Shown: positions 30,604 to 42,842, counted from the first letter of the whole stretch. The stretch is 63,771 bases of DNA, filler included, from 6 parts of 6 records of this genome joined end to end with filler, not necessarily neighbours in it, one strand, 5' to 3'. Made by a program: numbers and translations. Notes: generated by a model not told the origin, from the sequence alone.

Positions 30604-32592
30604 ACGGCTGATTGAGGCCTTGGAGACACGGTTTCTGCGCGGCTCGGCTGTGCACTGCGACAGCGCCAATCGTACGCGTTCAGCGGAGAGGATGAAGCTG
30701 AATGCGCTCTGCGCGCCAAACAAAAAGTTCTTTATTGCGCTGTGCTGATGCTATATCAATCATTCCATGTATTTTGTATTTAAATACAGTATCATATCTT
30801 CTGTCGGTACGGTGAAAGTTGAAGGCTCGCACAGACCGTGTACGTGTGCGAAAAGGGCCACAGTTGTCGTCGTGCTAGGCACGCATCGGTTCAAGGGCGC
30901 GCCGCATTTATCGGGAGATGAGCAAGCCAGGCATCGCGACGTATTCGCCATGCTAACGATGCCAATTCTAACAATGAGATTGTACAACTGTATAGGAGTG
31001 AAGACCGTACTTGAGAGGGCAGCAGGGCACAGGGCGGGCACGCTGTGTGCACCGTGCGAGCACTGTATTCCGCTATCACTGGTCGCAGAAAACCCCCGCT
31101 GTGGTGTTGCTCTGAGGGTGAGACGGGTCTGGTTCTTTCACAGAGGTTCAACAAACGGCACTATCTATAATATCGTGTGCATGAGTAAAGAAGAACGATA
31201 TCGTGCGTCGGGTGGGGGATGTTTCTGCTGTTACCTGGCACTCCGCGTGGAGCTGTGCTGCGGTCCGGGCGCGCCCGTCAACGCAGCCACCCTTCGCCGT
31301 GCTATTCCTGTGGGTCGGGGTAAAACTAGTAAAGCCTATCGTGCGGAAACCCAGGGGCTACGCGGCGGCAGAGGGAGAGTTCGTGCTTCCAGACTGGGGT
31401 ATGGCGGGGCGGATTGCCAAGCTCTCCTGCTCATCCAGATGTACCTCTTTCCCGTCGACACGGAGAATTTGTCAAAATATTCTGCAATGCTGTACTAATG
31501 GAAATCGTTCTGTAGAAAAGGCGTGTACGCAAGGGTCACCCACAGCGCGCACTTCACCTCGGCTGCGACGATCCTCTCTTGCTCTCAGAAGAAGGACAAC
31601 GGCGCCTGCTAGGTAAGCCTGATTCGCCCTCGTAGCTAAACCGACGTCCTGGCGCGTGGCAGCGCTCACCAATTTCTCCTCCCACTATCACAGCCCTGTG
31701 TCAAGCGCCGCAGCGCAGCGAGCGAATAGTGCCACTCGCCGCGGAGCCTGCGAGAAAGTGGGTATTGCAGGCACGATTGAGCCGAATCTGACGCGCACGC
31801 CTCTCTTTGCTTGGGACAAAAAGGGTCCTGTTGTACTACGATGAGTATCGACGAAAACCTGGCGGTGCGTGGCGACGGGCGCTGCGTGGCGAGAGGAGCG
31901 CGTCGCGGCGTGCGGTGCCCAGGTGTCCCACCTGCAGCGTGCTCGTGAGCGCGCCCTGCCCACCCGGACCGCTGCGCGCTGGCGTGTTTCGCTTGCTCGC
32001 AGCCACACAGCAGCTGTGCTCGCCGAGACTATGCAAGACAATGAGATTTTTTTTTATGGCGATCAAGATTGTGGAGGTGTAGCAGTGCGAGTCCTTCCGC
32101 GTTGAAGGAGGGGTTGAGCGCGCGGTTTTCGCGAGTTTTTGTGTTTTTGATTTTTTCGCACCGGTCGAAATCGTTGCTGTGCAGTTCCAAGGCGAACCGC
32201 CGAGTTTTCGGCGGTATTTGCGCGCCAAAACTCTTCTCTCTGCACTGTGCGGCCTTGTCCTCGCTGTCCGCCAAGAGCAGTGGTTAGTAAAAGAAAGTGA
32301 AAGATTACGCAGTCGTACATGTGCATCTCATGAAAGCTATTTTTTTTTTGTTGGTGCGGGAGCAGTTTTTGCGTGGGACGCGTCGTTTCTGTACGCCCAC
32401 CGCAGGCTCGCGTGCTCTGTGCGCCGCGAGCCTGCGAGCCTGCGGTCGGCGCCGCGCCGTTGCCCTGGGAGCGCAGCTGCATTGCTTTTTCCCACCAGAA
32501 GTACGTAGTTTGAGACCTCGCATTTGGTACATGAGCGGAAAAATTCGTTCGTGCTATTGACTTCCTTTTTTGCTTCTCGGCGGTACCTCTGG

Positions 32593-33852
32593 ATGTTGCA
32601 GAAAACGCTGGCCTCGATATCGGACGCGCTCCGTCATATTGCCGACTGCTGCGCGGCGCTGGCGGCAACCATGTACGTTGCGTGGTGTGGCGCTCAAGGG
32701 CAGTGTCGCCCGCCGTCGGGCATGGCGATTTCCTGCGAATTGCTTCGCCTCTTGATGCGCTGCAAAAATGATGTGGTTGCTCTTGTAATGATTGTTTGCG
32801 TGGTAGAGCACATACTGCTCGCGCCGTGGGGCTTCTGACCTCGCCGGTCGCTTTCACGCCGTGTGCCTTTTTGTTCGCGCAGCAATGCGGGGTCGCAACA
32901 CGGCCTTGCGGCGGCGCCTGGACTCGCAGCACAGGCTCCTGCTTCTGTCGCTGCAGACCCACAGGTGCTGAGGCAGTCCACTGCTGTACCTTTAGAGCGC
33001 AAAATTGGCAAGATCAAGATCCCAGACGACTTTTTAGGTCCGCGTCCGCAGCAGATGCAACCGGAAAAGGGGAAGCGGTTTCCTCGAAAATGGACTACGG
33101 ACGACGAAACGAGGTTCGTTCGCCGGGCTTCAGGCCTGACGCGCCGCTTTCGGCCGAACCGTTGCACGTTGGGGACGATCGCTTTATTGTCTTGCAAGGA
33201 TAGTGTTGAATAAAGATTCATCTGTAAACTACGAGTTTCTGTGCGCGAAATGCAGCATATGAAGTGTTTTTGCGGCTCGCGTGGTTGCTAATTCGAATTG
33301 CGCCGCGAGACACTTGCTTCGTTTCTCTGACGGACCTGACGGGTCTCTCTGTTTGCTGTGCTACTATTCTTGGCGCGGTTCTCTTCTGCTGTAGATTCAA
33401 GGAAGCTGTGCAGCTTTTCGGTGCTCGTTATTCCAAGATTGCCAAGTATATTGGTACAAAATCTGCGTACGTTTAGATGAAGAAGATAGTGGTTCTGCCG
33501 GTTGCATGCCCTGCCTAGGTTTGCCACGCGCGAGCTTTCTTTCTGTGTTTGGTTCCTAGAATGCACAGCAGACATTCAGCGGCGCTGTCACGCTGCTCTT
33601 CTCTTCTCACCCATTCGATTGAGACGCCTGGGGCACTGGGTGGTAGTGGAAGCACAATCCGTGCGTATGAATCTTATGTTTCGGCGTGCAAATTCTATGG
33701 TTCGTTGGGTGTGTATCCAGTCTGACGATCTCAAAGTATTACAAGCGGAGATATGGTGATCCTAGGAAAGACGACGCGAAGGACAAGGTGTGTTTTCTGT
33801 TACTGCTTACGGTTTTTCTTTTCAGATACTGCAAGGGCGTATAATGTGGTAG
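32593..33852 (+). CDS. SANT/Myb-domain protein, spliced (5' end and last exon uncertain)
   Basis: Joining 32593-32672, 32883-33113, 33395-33466 and 33721-33787 gives KWTTDDETRFKEAVQLFGARYSKIAKYIGTKSALTISKYY, a SANT/Myb repeat. Confidence 0.72.
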
Positions 33853-34103
33853 TAGTCTCACATTTTTCATGCGGAAATGGAATGGAAATTTTGAAATCCC
33901 ATGGCTTGTTGCCTACCTAGCGTGTGCTGCCGCACCGACAGAAATAAGAGTGTGCCGGATTCTGACCAGCGTATTGCGTATGTGAAACGGCACGCTCAGA
34001 CGATTTGGGTGTCGCTTTCACTTCCCTTTGTGGCGCTTCGCATTGTATTAATAAGTGATTCTGACGCATGCATTCGGAGTGCTTGACCGCAAGGAGGAGT
34101 AAG

Positions 34104-34133
34104 ATTTATTTATTTATTTATTTATTTATTTAT
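34104..34133. repeat. (ATTT)n microsatellite at contig end
   Basis: ATTTATTTATTT... runs into the spacer. Confidence 0.9.
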
Positions 34134-34233
34134 NNNNNNNNNNNNNNNNNNNNNNNNNNNNNNNNNNNNNNNNNNNNTTAATTAATTAANNNNNNNNNNN
34201 NNNNNNNNNNNNNNNNNNNNNNNNNNNNNNNNN
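34134..34233. other. Artificial contig spacer
   Basis: N44-TTAATTAATTAA-N44. Confidence 0.99.
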
Positions 34234-34234
34234 A

Positions 34235-34972
34235 CTGTGCAGCTTTAACCAGGTCGGCGACGGTTTTAATCTGATCTTACCTAGGCTATTGGATACCTTG
34301 GTGGGCTCGTTGATTGCCGGGCTAGCGGTATTTTTTATTCTGCCTGACTGGCAAGGGCGTCGGCTGTACCGGGAGGCCGCAAAAGTCCTCACCAACCACC
34401 GCCGTTATTTGGATGAAATCGTTCACCAGTACGAAGAGGGCAAGCAGGACGATTTGGCTTACCGGTTAGCCCGCCGTAATGCTCATAATGCCGATGCAGC
34501 GCTGTCAACACTGCTCACCAATATGCTCCACGAGCCGGGGCACTATCGCAAACAGGACGCCGACAGTGGCCTACGCTTTCTAGTGCTGTCTAACACGCTG
34601 CTAAGCCACTTATCGGCCCTTGGCGCTCACCGCCATCAGTTGGCTGAAGATGAAGACGACGCCGCGTTGGTGCCCCTTGCCAAGCGCATCAGCGAGCTGC
34701 TGGAACAACTGGCAGAACAACTCAATAAGCGCCAACCCATCACGCCCTTGGCTGATCAAGTCAACGACCTACTCGCGCAGCTAGAGCAGAATGCCTCAGA
34801 TTCCTTCGATAAGAAGGGCTCAGAGGGGGACGAAAACGCCATTGCCCTTTACCGTCCCATCCAAAGCCAGCTACGCCTGATTGCCGCACAGCTAGGACCG
34901 CTTGGTGAAGCTGCCAACCGCTTAACGGAGACGCCGGTAGAGAGTCACCAAGAAGCGAGCACCGCAGCTTAA
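34235..34972 (+). CDS. yccS: YccS/YhfK (FUSC-like) membrane protein, C-terminal part
   Basis: FNQVGDG..LPRLLDTLVG, ILPDWQ, DDLAYRLARRNAHNADAALS, LLSHLSALGAHR. Confidence 0.85.
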   Translation: MCSFNQVGDGFNLILPRLLDTLVGSLIAGLAVFFILPDWQGRRLYREAAKVLTNHRRYLDEIVHQYEEGKQDDLAYRLARRNAHNADAALSTLLTNMLHEPGHYRKQDADSGLRFLVLSNTLLSHLSALGAHRHQLAEDEDDAALVPLAKRISELLEQLAEQLNKRQPITPLADQVNDLLAQLEQNASDSFDKKGSEGDENAIALYRPIQSQLRLIAAQLGPLGEAANRLTETPVESHQEASTAA

Positions 34973-34987
34973 GCGTTGTACCACTCC

Positions 34988-37066
34988 CTACACCTGCCCG
35001 TAGCGGCCGGCGGCTTCGCCTAACCAGCGCCGCACTAATACGGCGGTGACCTCAGTGTTACCTTGAAGCGCCTGGGCAAGGGCGGTAACGCGCTCTAGCT
35101 GGTCGGCGTCACGCTCAAGATCAGCAATTTTCATTTGGGCAAGGCCGGTTTGGCGAGTGCCGAGCACTTCCCCGGGGCCACGAATTTCCAAGTCTTTTTC
35201 GGCAATACGGAAACCGTCTGTCGTTTCACGCATTACGCCCAAGCGCTCCCGAGAGCTTTTCGAAAGCGGCGGGTGGTAAAGCAACACACAGAAGCTTTCC
35301 GTGCTGCCGCGCCCTACTCGACCGCGCAGCTGGTGCAGTTGAGAAAGCCCTAGGCGTTCCGGGTTTTCGATAATCATCAGGCTGGCATTGGGGACATCTA
35401 CGCCCACTTCAATAACGGTAGTGGCCACCAGCAGGTCGAGTTCGCCCGTTTTGAAGGCCTCCATCACCGCGACTTTTTCGCTGGCCTTCATACGCCCATG
35501 AATCAGACCAATAGCGAGTTCAGGCAGCGCCTGGGTTAGTTCATCGCGAGTGACTTCAGCGGCCTGACACTGCAGCACCTCAGACTCTTCAATCAGCGTA
35601 CACACCCAATAGGCCTGACGCCCATCACTGCAGGCATTGCGAATGCGCTCAACCACTTCAGGCCGCCGCTCATCAGACACCACTACGGTTTTAACCGGCG
35701 TACGCCCTGGCGGCAACTCATCAATTACCGATACATCCAAATCAGCGTAAGCACTCATGGCCAGCGTGCGAGGAATCGGCGTCGCGGTCATGATCAATTG
35801 GTGCGGCGTTAGCCCACCGGCTTCGCCTTTCTCGCGCAGTGCCAAGCGTTGATGAACGCCAAAGCGGTGCTGCTCATCAATAATTGCCAACCCCAAACAC
35901 TGAAAGTGTACGTCGCTCTGAAACAGCGCGTGGGTGCCCACCACCATACGGGCACGGCCATCGGCAATAGCGGCTTTGGCATCTAATCGCGCTTTACCTT
36001 TTAGCTTACCTGCCAACCAAGCCACTTCGATGCCCAGCGGTTCAAACCAGGCTTTAAACGCCCGATAGTGCTGTTCAGCAAGAATTTCCGTGGGAGCCAT
36101 CATCGCCGCCTGGCAATTGCCCGCTAGCGCTGAAAGCGCCGCCATTGCCGCAACGACCGTCTTCCCCGAGCCGACGTCGCCCTGCACGAGCCGCAGCATC
36201 GGCGCGGGCCGCGCAAGGTCTAAGGTAATTTCTTCCAGCACGCGGCGCTGCGCACCGGTAAGGGCAAACGGCAGCTGGGCTAAGAATCGGGTTTGCAGGC
36301 TGCGGCCCGACGGCAGCGATGGCGCACCATCGGCCTGAATACGTAACCGCACTTCACGCAGGCTGAGTTGGTGGGCCAGTAGCTCTTCCAGCGCCAGCCT
36401 ACGTGTGGCGGGATGATGGCCGTGGGCAAGCTGCTCAATGTCCACATCCGGTGGCGGTTGATGTAGCAGTTGCAGGCTAGCGTGTAACCCAGGCAAGTTG
36501 AACCGCTGGCGCAGGGCATCTGGAATAACGTCCGGAAGTAACTCAGGGGAGCGCTGCAGTAGCGCAAGCGCTTGCTGGGTAAGTGCGCGCAAACGCGTCT
36601 GATGCAACCCTTCAGTGGTCGGGTAAATCGGCGTGAAATACTCCTCAACCGGTGTATCGTTACCGCCGCTTAGCCGGTACTCAGGATGGTAAATTTCCAG
36701 CCCTGTTGCCCCCGCGCGCGCTTCCCCAAATGCACGCACCGTAACACCGGGGCGCATCTGTTGCTGCTGAGCAGGCGAAAAATGAAAAAAACGCAGGCTT
36801 AAAATACCGCTTCCATCGCGCACTCTGACTAACAAACTACGCCGACGCCCCTTCACAACATCGCACGCGGTGACTTCCCCTTCTATCACCGCCTCACTCC
36901 CTGCGCGCAGCAGGCCAATGGGCGTTAGCCGTGTACGGTCCTGGTAGCGCAACGGCAGGTGAAATAGCAGGTCGCTTACGCAGTCTATTCCCAATCGCGC
37001 CAACTTTAGCGCAAGCGCCTCACCAACCCCTTTCAGCGACGAAACCGGTGCAGAAAGGTCACTCAT
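34988..37066 (-). CDS. recG: ATP-dependent DNA helicase RecG
   Basis: LLFHLPLRYQDRT, QGDVGSGKT, DEQHRFGV, MTATPIPRTL, QLRGRVGRG. Confidence 0.98.
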   Translation of the reverse strand: MSDLSAPVSSLKGVGEALALKLARLGIDCVSDLLFHLPLRYQDRTRLTPIGLLRAGSEAVIEGEVTACDVVKGRRRSLLVRVRDGSGILSLRFFHFSPAQQQQMRPGVTVRAFGEARAGATGLEIYHPEYRLSGGNDTPVEEYFTPIYPTTEGLHQTRLRALTQQALALLQRSPELLPDVIPDALRQRFNLPGLHASLQLLHQPPPDVDIEQLAHGHHPATRRLALEELLAHQLSLREVRLRIQADGAPSLPSGRSLQTRFLAQLPFALTGAQRRVLEEITLDLARPAPMLRLVQGDVGSGKTVVAAMAALSALAGNCQAAMMAPTEILAEQHYRAFKAWFEPLGIEVAWLAGKLKGKARLDAKAAIADGRARMVVGTHALFQSDVHFQCLGLAIIDEQHRFGVHQRLALREKGEAGGLTPHQLIMTATPIPRTLAMSAYADLDVSVIDELPPGRTPVKTVVVSDERRPEVVERIRNACSDGRQAYWVCTLIEESEVLQCQAAEVTRDELTQALPELAIGLIHGRMKASEKVAVMEAFKTGELDLLVATTVIEVGVDVPNASLMIIENPERLGLSQLHQLRGRVGRGSTESFCVLLYHPPLSKSSRERLGVMRETTDGFRIAEKDLEIRGPGEVLGTRQTGLAQMKIADLERDADQLERVTALAQALQGNTEVTAVLVRRWLGEAAGRYGQV

Positions 37067-37992
37067 GAGGACGGACTAGCAGTGTGTACAGGTTGCTGAC
37101 ATTGGCTAATCGCCTTGGCTAGTGCGTCAATTGCTTTTGGGCGAGGAAAGCTTGCCCGCCACGCAATGGCAACGGTGCGCGAAGGCGCGGGCTCAACAAA
37201 GGGCCGGCTCACTAGCATGGCATTTTCATACTGATCAGTGCCCAGCGCCGACTGTGGCAGTACCGTAATGCCTAATTTAGATGCCACCATATGGCGAATG
37301 GTTTCCAATGAACCACCCTCAGCAATCAACGTATTATTGGGGCTGTTAAGCTTTTGGGTAATCGCCGGACAGGCTTCTAAAATTTGATCGCGGAAGCAGT
37401 GCCCTTCCCCCAGCAGCAACAAGCGCTCTTCTAACAAATCTTCTTTGTGAATCGCGTCACGACTTACCCAGCGATGGCTGGCAGGTATCAATACCTCAAA
37501 ATGCTCATCGTAAATCGGCTTGGTAACTACGTCGGTCTCTGTGAAAGGCAGCGCCACAATAATGACATCCAGCTCGCCACTACGTAACTTTGCCCGCAGA
37601 GAGCCGGTCATGCCTTCTTCGATATACAACGGCATTTGCGGTGCGGCACTAGCCAGTGCTGGCACTAGATGGGGAAATAAGTAGGGGCCAATCGTATAAA
37701 TTGCGCCAATGCGCAGCGGGTTAGCCAACTGGTCTTTGCCAGCATTTGCCATTTCGTAGATGAGTCGGCTCTGTTCCAGCACGCGCTGGGCTTGAGCAAC
37801 GATTTTCTCTCCCAACGGGGTGACCTGCACGGTTGATTTGGAACGTTCAAACAACGGTGTATCAAGCTCGTCTTCGAGCTTTTTTACCGCCACCGAGAGC
37901 GTTGGCTGCGAAACATGGCAACGTTCGGCGGCACGACCAAAGTGACGTTCTTGGGCAAGGGTTACGATGTAGCGTAGTTCTGTTAAAGTCAT
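37063..37992 (-). CDS. oxyR: Hydrogen peroxide-inducible activator OxyR (LysR family)
   Basis: MTLTELRY..HFGRAAERCHVSQPTLS and GEGHCFRDQILEAC (two redox Cys). oxyR-recG coupling. Confidence 0.93.
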   Translation of the reverse strand: MTLTELRYIVTLAQERHFGRAAERCHVSQPTLSVAVKKLEDELDTPLFERSKSTVQVTPLGEKIVAQAQRVLEQSRLIYEMANAGKDQLANPLRIGAIYTIGPYLFPHLVPALASAAPQMPLYIEEGMTGSLRAKLRSGELDVIIVALPFTETDVVTKPIYDEHFEVLIPASHRWVSRDAIHKEDLLEERLLLLGEGHCFRDQILEACPAITQKLNSPNNTLIAEGGSLETIRHMVASKLGITVLPQSALGTDQYENAMLVSRPFVEPAPSRTVAIAWRASFPRPKAIDALAKAISQCQQPVHTASPSS

Positions 37993-38132
37993 AGTGGTGC
38001 CAGTGGCATCCTCTCGTTGCAGCTCGTTACAGGTCATCGTGATAGCGAGATGGAAAAGGACAAACAAACCCTATTGAAGATGGCACATCTCATAGGGACT
38101 TTGTATCTGATAGGGAATATTAATCAAGAGGA

Positions 38133-39023
38133 GTGACCAAGGTGAAGCTAACGGTACTGATTATTGGCTGCGGAGATATCGGCATAACGCTCGGACGCGA
38201 GCTACTCAGCGAAGGCCATCATGTTATCGGCGTGCGCCGTCATGTCGAGGCATTAAAAGACACCGGCATTGAGCCGTTGGCGCTTGATCTTAACGATCTT
38301 GAAGGCGCTGGTGCTGACGCCCTGCCTCACGCTGACTACGTTATTTATTCCGTCAGCGCTGACCGTTTCGAAGAAAGTGCCTACCAAAGCGCCTATCCGG
38401 ATGGCCTTAATCGTGTGCTTGGCGTGCTGGATCAGCATAAAACGCCGCCGAAACGCATCTTTTTTGTGTCGTCGACCAGTGTTTATGGCCAGCAGGAAGG
38501 CGAGGTTGTTAGCGAAGACAGCCCAACCGGATCAACCAGCTTTTCTGGCAAGCTGATGTGCGATGCCGAACAAGCGCTGATTAACCATTCAATCCCCGGC
38601 ACAGTCGTGCGCTTTTCGGGTATTTACGGCCCTGGGCGTGATCGTTTGATTCATCAGGTCGCGGAAGGCCGCATTGCCGCTGTCACGCCAGTCAGCTACT
38701 CCAACCGTATTCACCGTGATGACTGCACCGGTATTCTGGCGCACTTAATTCGTTGTCAGGAAAAAGGCGCGCCACTCGCCGACCTTTACCTAGCTAGCGA
38801 CTGCGAGCCCGTCACCCTGCATAACGTGATGGCGTGGTTAGCCAAACAGCTCAAGGTTGAATCTACCGAGACCATGCAGTCACCACTGCGCCGTCGCACC
38901 AGCAAACGCTGCGATAATAGCCGTATCCGTGAAACGGGTTATGAATTCCGCTATCCGACCTACAAAGAGGGCTACGCACAGGTGCTAAAAGAGGGCGGCT
39001 TCTTAGCGCCACAAAAAGCCTAA
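38133..39023 (+). CDS. NAD-dependent epimerase/dehydratase (atypical SDR)
   Basis: IIGCGDIG, FVSSTSVYGQ, RFSGIYGPGR, NRIHRDD. Confidence 0.88.
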   Translation: MTKVKLTVLIIGCGDIGITLGRELLSEGHHVIGVRRHVEALKDTGIEPLALDLNDLEGAGADALPHADYVIYSVSADRFEESAYQSAYPDGLNRVLGVLDQHKTPPKRIFFVSSTSVYGQQEGEVVSEDSPTGSTSFSGKLMCDAEQALINHSIPGTVVRFSGIYGPGRDRLIHQVAEGRIAAVTPVSYSNRIHRDDCTGILAHLIRCQEKGAPLADLYLASDCEPVTLHNVMAWLAKQLKVESTETMQSPLRRRTSKRCDNSRIRETGYEFRYPTYKEGYAQVLKEGGFLAPQKA

Positions 39024-39137
39024 TCGTTTCGGCGCTAATTCCTTTGTACTAACCTCAAAAAAAGAGCGGGCACTTGATGATAGAGTGCTCGCCCGTTTTT
39101 GGTGAAGACAGTTGCTTGAGGCATTAGGCTCAGAGGC

Positions 39138-39527
39138 TTAGTCGCCAATGACCATCACAGCTTCTGCTTCTACTTGGCTGCCTTTGGGTAACGCTTTGAC
39201 GCCGACCGCTGCACGGGCAGGGAAAGGCGACGAGAAGAACTCTTCCATCACCTTGTTCACGATCGCAAAGTTATCCAAATCAACCAGGTATAAGTTGAGT
39301 TTGACGATATCGCCAAGCGTACCGGCAGCCTCTTCACACACCGCCTGCAGATTGGTAAATACTTGGCGCGCCTGTGCTTCAAAGTCGTCAGAGATAATTT
39401 CCATTGTCTCTGGGTTCAGCGGGATCTGGCCCGACATATACACTGTGTTGCCAGCCTTAATCGCTTGAGAGTAAGGGCCGATGGCAGCGGGGGCTTTTTC
39501 AGTATTAATAACTGCTTTGTTGCTCAT
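39138..39527 (-). CDS. ridA: RidA family enamine/imine deaminase
   Basis: APAAIGPYSQA, SGQIPL, PARAAVGVKALPKG..VE. Confidence 0.93.
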   Translation of the reverse strand: MSNKAVINTEKAPAAIGPYSQAIKAGNTVYMSGQIPLNPETMEIISDDFEAQARQVFTNLQAVCEEAAGTLGDIVKLNLYLVDLDNFAIVNKVMEEFFSSPFPARAAVGVKALPKGSQVEAEAVMVIGD

Positions 39528-39666
39528 GAGATAGCACTCTCCTGTCGTGTTTAATATATTTTTAGAGGTAAGTTGTAGATAGGATGATAGCGTTAAATAT
39601 TAATTGTAATGGTCCGCCATAGCAGTTGCTGCCAGCCCATCGCCAGCAGCCTACTAACACGGGTGA

Positions 39667-41799
39667 TTAATTGGTCATTCTGGTTATTTTGCCGACATTA
39701 GGAAGGTTGCGAATACGCTTAATAATGCGCGCAAGATGCACTCGGCCTTTTACCGATAAGGTTAAATTAACGATTGAAAGCCGCGCATCACGCTCTTCAA
39801 TGCCGATACGCTCGATATTAGCGTCGGCATCGGTCACCACGCCCGCCAGCTCGGCCACCAGCCCACGACGGCTCTCAATTTCAATGCGCAGCGCGACCGG
39901 GAAATCTTCATCTATACTGTCCGACCACTCAAGAGCAAACAGCTTCTCTGGGTCGTTTTTGCGATCACCTAGGTTTTTGCACTCACTGCGATGCACCACC
40001 AGCCCCTTGCCAACGGATAAGTGGCCGACAACGGGGTCGCCCGGCAATGGATGACAGCAGCGGGCAAAATTAATCACCATACCTTCGCTACCGCTGATAA
40101 CGACGGCTTTTTCACTATCCCCACTGAGAACGTAGTCAGAATTGCCGCCATTGGAGACATCAACCAAGCGCCGTGCCACCACATGGGCCATGCGATTGCC
40201 CAAGCCAAGTGACTCTAACAAAGCATCTAGCGAAACGACGTCCAGCTCTTTCAATGCTTTAGCAAAAACACTGTCATTAAGCTCTTCCAGACTGGTTTCA
40301 AACGGCGCCAGCGCTTTATTCAACAGCCGTCGCCCTAAGATAACCGCTTCTGCCTGCTGCTGGTGCTTCAATGCATGCCGTATCGCGGAACGCGCTTTTG
40401 CTGTCGTGACGAAGTTGAGCCATGCCAAGTTAGGCCGTGCCCCAGGAGCAGTAATAATTTCCAGCGTTTGGCCACTTTCAAGACGCGTCGAGAGCGGGGC
40501 TAAATGGCGATCAATACGACAAGCAATGCAGTTATTGCCAATATCGGTGTGTACGCTGTAAGCAAAGTCGATCACCGTTGCGCCCTGAGGCAGCTCCATG
40601 ATGTCGCCTTTGGGGGTAAATACGTAGATATCGTCTGGGAAAAGGTCGTTTTTGACGTGCTCAATAAACTCTAGCGAGTCACCCGCATGGCGCTGCATTT
40701 CGAGCAGCCCCTTTACCCAAGCGCGGGCGCGGGCATGGCTGCCTTCGGCAATGGGGTGGGTGGTTTGCCCTGCTTTATAGAGCCAGTGGGCAGCGATGCC
40801 ATTATTAGCCATCGCCTCCATCTCACGGGTGCGGATCTGCACTTCAATGGGCATCCCACCCTGACCAAACAGCGTAGTATGAAGACTTTGATAGCCGTTG
40901 GCTTTCGGGATAGCGATATAATCTTTAAATCGCCCTGGCACGGGCTTATAGAGATTATGCACCACGCCTAAGATGCGATAGCAGCTAGCGACATCTTCGG
41001 TAATAATGCGGAAGCCGAAGACATCCATAATTTCCGCGAACGGCTTACGCTGGTCGCGCATCTTTTTATAAATCGACAGCAGATGTTTCTGCCTGCCGAT
41101 CACGGTACCTTTAAGCCCTTCATCGTCCAGACTCTGCTGTAGCGATGACTGAATTTCTCGCATCGCACTACGGCGGTTCCCCCGCGCGCTGGCGACCGCG
41201 CGCTTGATGCGTTCGGAACGCATTGGGTGAATAGCCTGGAAAGAGAGATCTTCAAGTTCAACACGAATCGTATTGATACCTAAACGTCCCGCGATACGGG
41301 CATAAATTTCCAGCGTTTCTCGGGCAATACGGCGCTTTTTATCTGGGCGCAATGCTCCCAGTGTGCGCATGTTATGCAGACGGTCAGCCAATTTTACGAT
41401 GATGACGCGGATATCCCGCGACATCGCTAACACCATCTTCTGGAAATTTTCCGCCTGGGCGACGGCTTTGTCTTCAAAGGTGATCTGGGTCAGCTTGGAA
41501 ACACCATCCACCAGTTCGGCGACAGGCTTACCAAACTGCGCAGACAGCGCCTTTTTCGAGACGCCCGTATCTTCAATGACATCGTGCAGCATGGCCGCCA
41601 TCAAGCTTTGATGGTCCATGTGCATATTAGCCAATATATTAGCGACCGCTAACGGATGGGTCACATAAGGCTCACCAGAGCGACGGCGCTGGCCGTCGTG
41701 GGCTTGCTCGGCATAATAGAAAGCGCGTTTGACCTGCTGTATTTCGTCTGGAGGTAAATAGCCGCCAAGTCGATCGGCCAGGTCATCAATGGTGAACAT
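39667..41799 (-). CDS. spoT: Bifunctional (p)ppGpp synthetase/hydrolase
   Basis: RRSGEPYVTHP, LHDVIED (HD), KLADRLHNMRTL, KDYIAIPKANGYQSLHT, plus TGS and ACT regions. Confidence 0.97.
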   Translation of the reverse strand: MFTIDDLADRLGGYLPPDEIQQVKRAFYYAEQAHDGQRRRSGEPYVTHPLAVANILANMHMDHQSLMAAMLHDVIEDTGVSKKALSAQFGKPVAELVDGVSKLTQITFEDKAVAQAENFQKMVLAMSRDIRVIIVKLADRLHNMRTLGALRPDKKRRIARETLEIYARIAGRLGINTIRVELEDLSFQAIHPMRSERIKRAVASARGNRRSAMREIQSSLQQSLDDEGLKGTVIGRQKHLLSIYKKMRDQRKPFAEIMDVFGFRIITEDVASCYRILGVVHNLYKPVPGRFKDYIAIPKANGYQSLHTTLFGQGGMPIEVQIRTREMEAMANNGIAAHWLYKAGQTTHPIAEGSHARARAWVKGLLEMQRHAGDSLEFIEHVKNDLFPDDIYVFTPKGDIMELPQGATVIDFAYSVHTDIGNNCIACRIDRHLAPLSTRLESGQTLEIITAPGARPNLAWLNFVTTAKARSAIRHALKHQQQAEAVILGRRLLNKALAPFETSLEELNDSVFAKALKELDVVSLDALLESLGLGNRMAHVVARRLVDVSNGGNSDYVLSGDSEKAVVISGSEGMVINFARCCHPLPGDPVVGHLSVGKGLVVHRSECKNLGDRKNDPEKLFALEWSDSIDEDFPVALRIEIESRRGLVAELAGVVTDADANIERIGIEERDARLSIVNLTLSVKGRVHLARIIKRIRNLPNVGKITRMTN

Positions 41800-41843
41800 T
41801 TACCGCGCCCCTAGTCGCTTCTAAGTCCAGTCTCTAGTCAACC

Positions 41844-42104
41844 TTAGTCGTCGATATGTGTCGTAGGCGTCATTGCTGGGCGCGTACGAACCGCAGCTTC
41901 AACCGGCTCATCTAGCACGGTGTGATTTACCAGGCCGGCGGCAATTTCACGCAGTGCCATAACGGTAGGTTTATCGTTCTCCCAGGGCAGTTGCGCTTCA
42001 CGGGAGCCACGGGCAAGCTGGCGCGCGCGCTGGGTAGAAATCATCACCAGTTTGAAGCGGTTCTCAACATTTTCCAGACAATCTTCAACGGTTACGCGAG
42101 CCAT
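41844..42104 (-). CDS. rpoZ: RNA polymerase omega subunit
   Basis: [33 protein letters not shown]. Confidence 0.97.
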   Translation of the reverse strand: MARVTVEDCLENVENRFKLVMISTQRARQLARGSREAQLPWENDKPTVMALREIAAGLVNHTVLDEPVEAAVRTRPAMTPTTHIDD

Positions 42105-42193
42105 GGGGGCCTTCCTGTAATGACAACGCTGGGCCAGCGTTGTGGTGAAACGCCGCGGGCCCAGCAAAAAAAGTGGTAATGGAACCTGCTAGA

Positions 42194-42841
<648 letters not shown>

Positions 42842-42842
42842 T

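Noticed and set aside
30767-32500. Several 100-300 aa ORFs between USE1 and the Myb gene
   Set aside because: No recognisable domains, and I could not build a consistent exon chain. A gene may exist here but is unsupported.
42128-42172. Hairpin between gmk and rpoZ as a terminator
   Set aside because: On the coding (minus) strand the U-run precedes the stem rather than following it.
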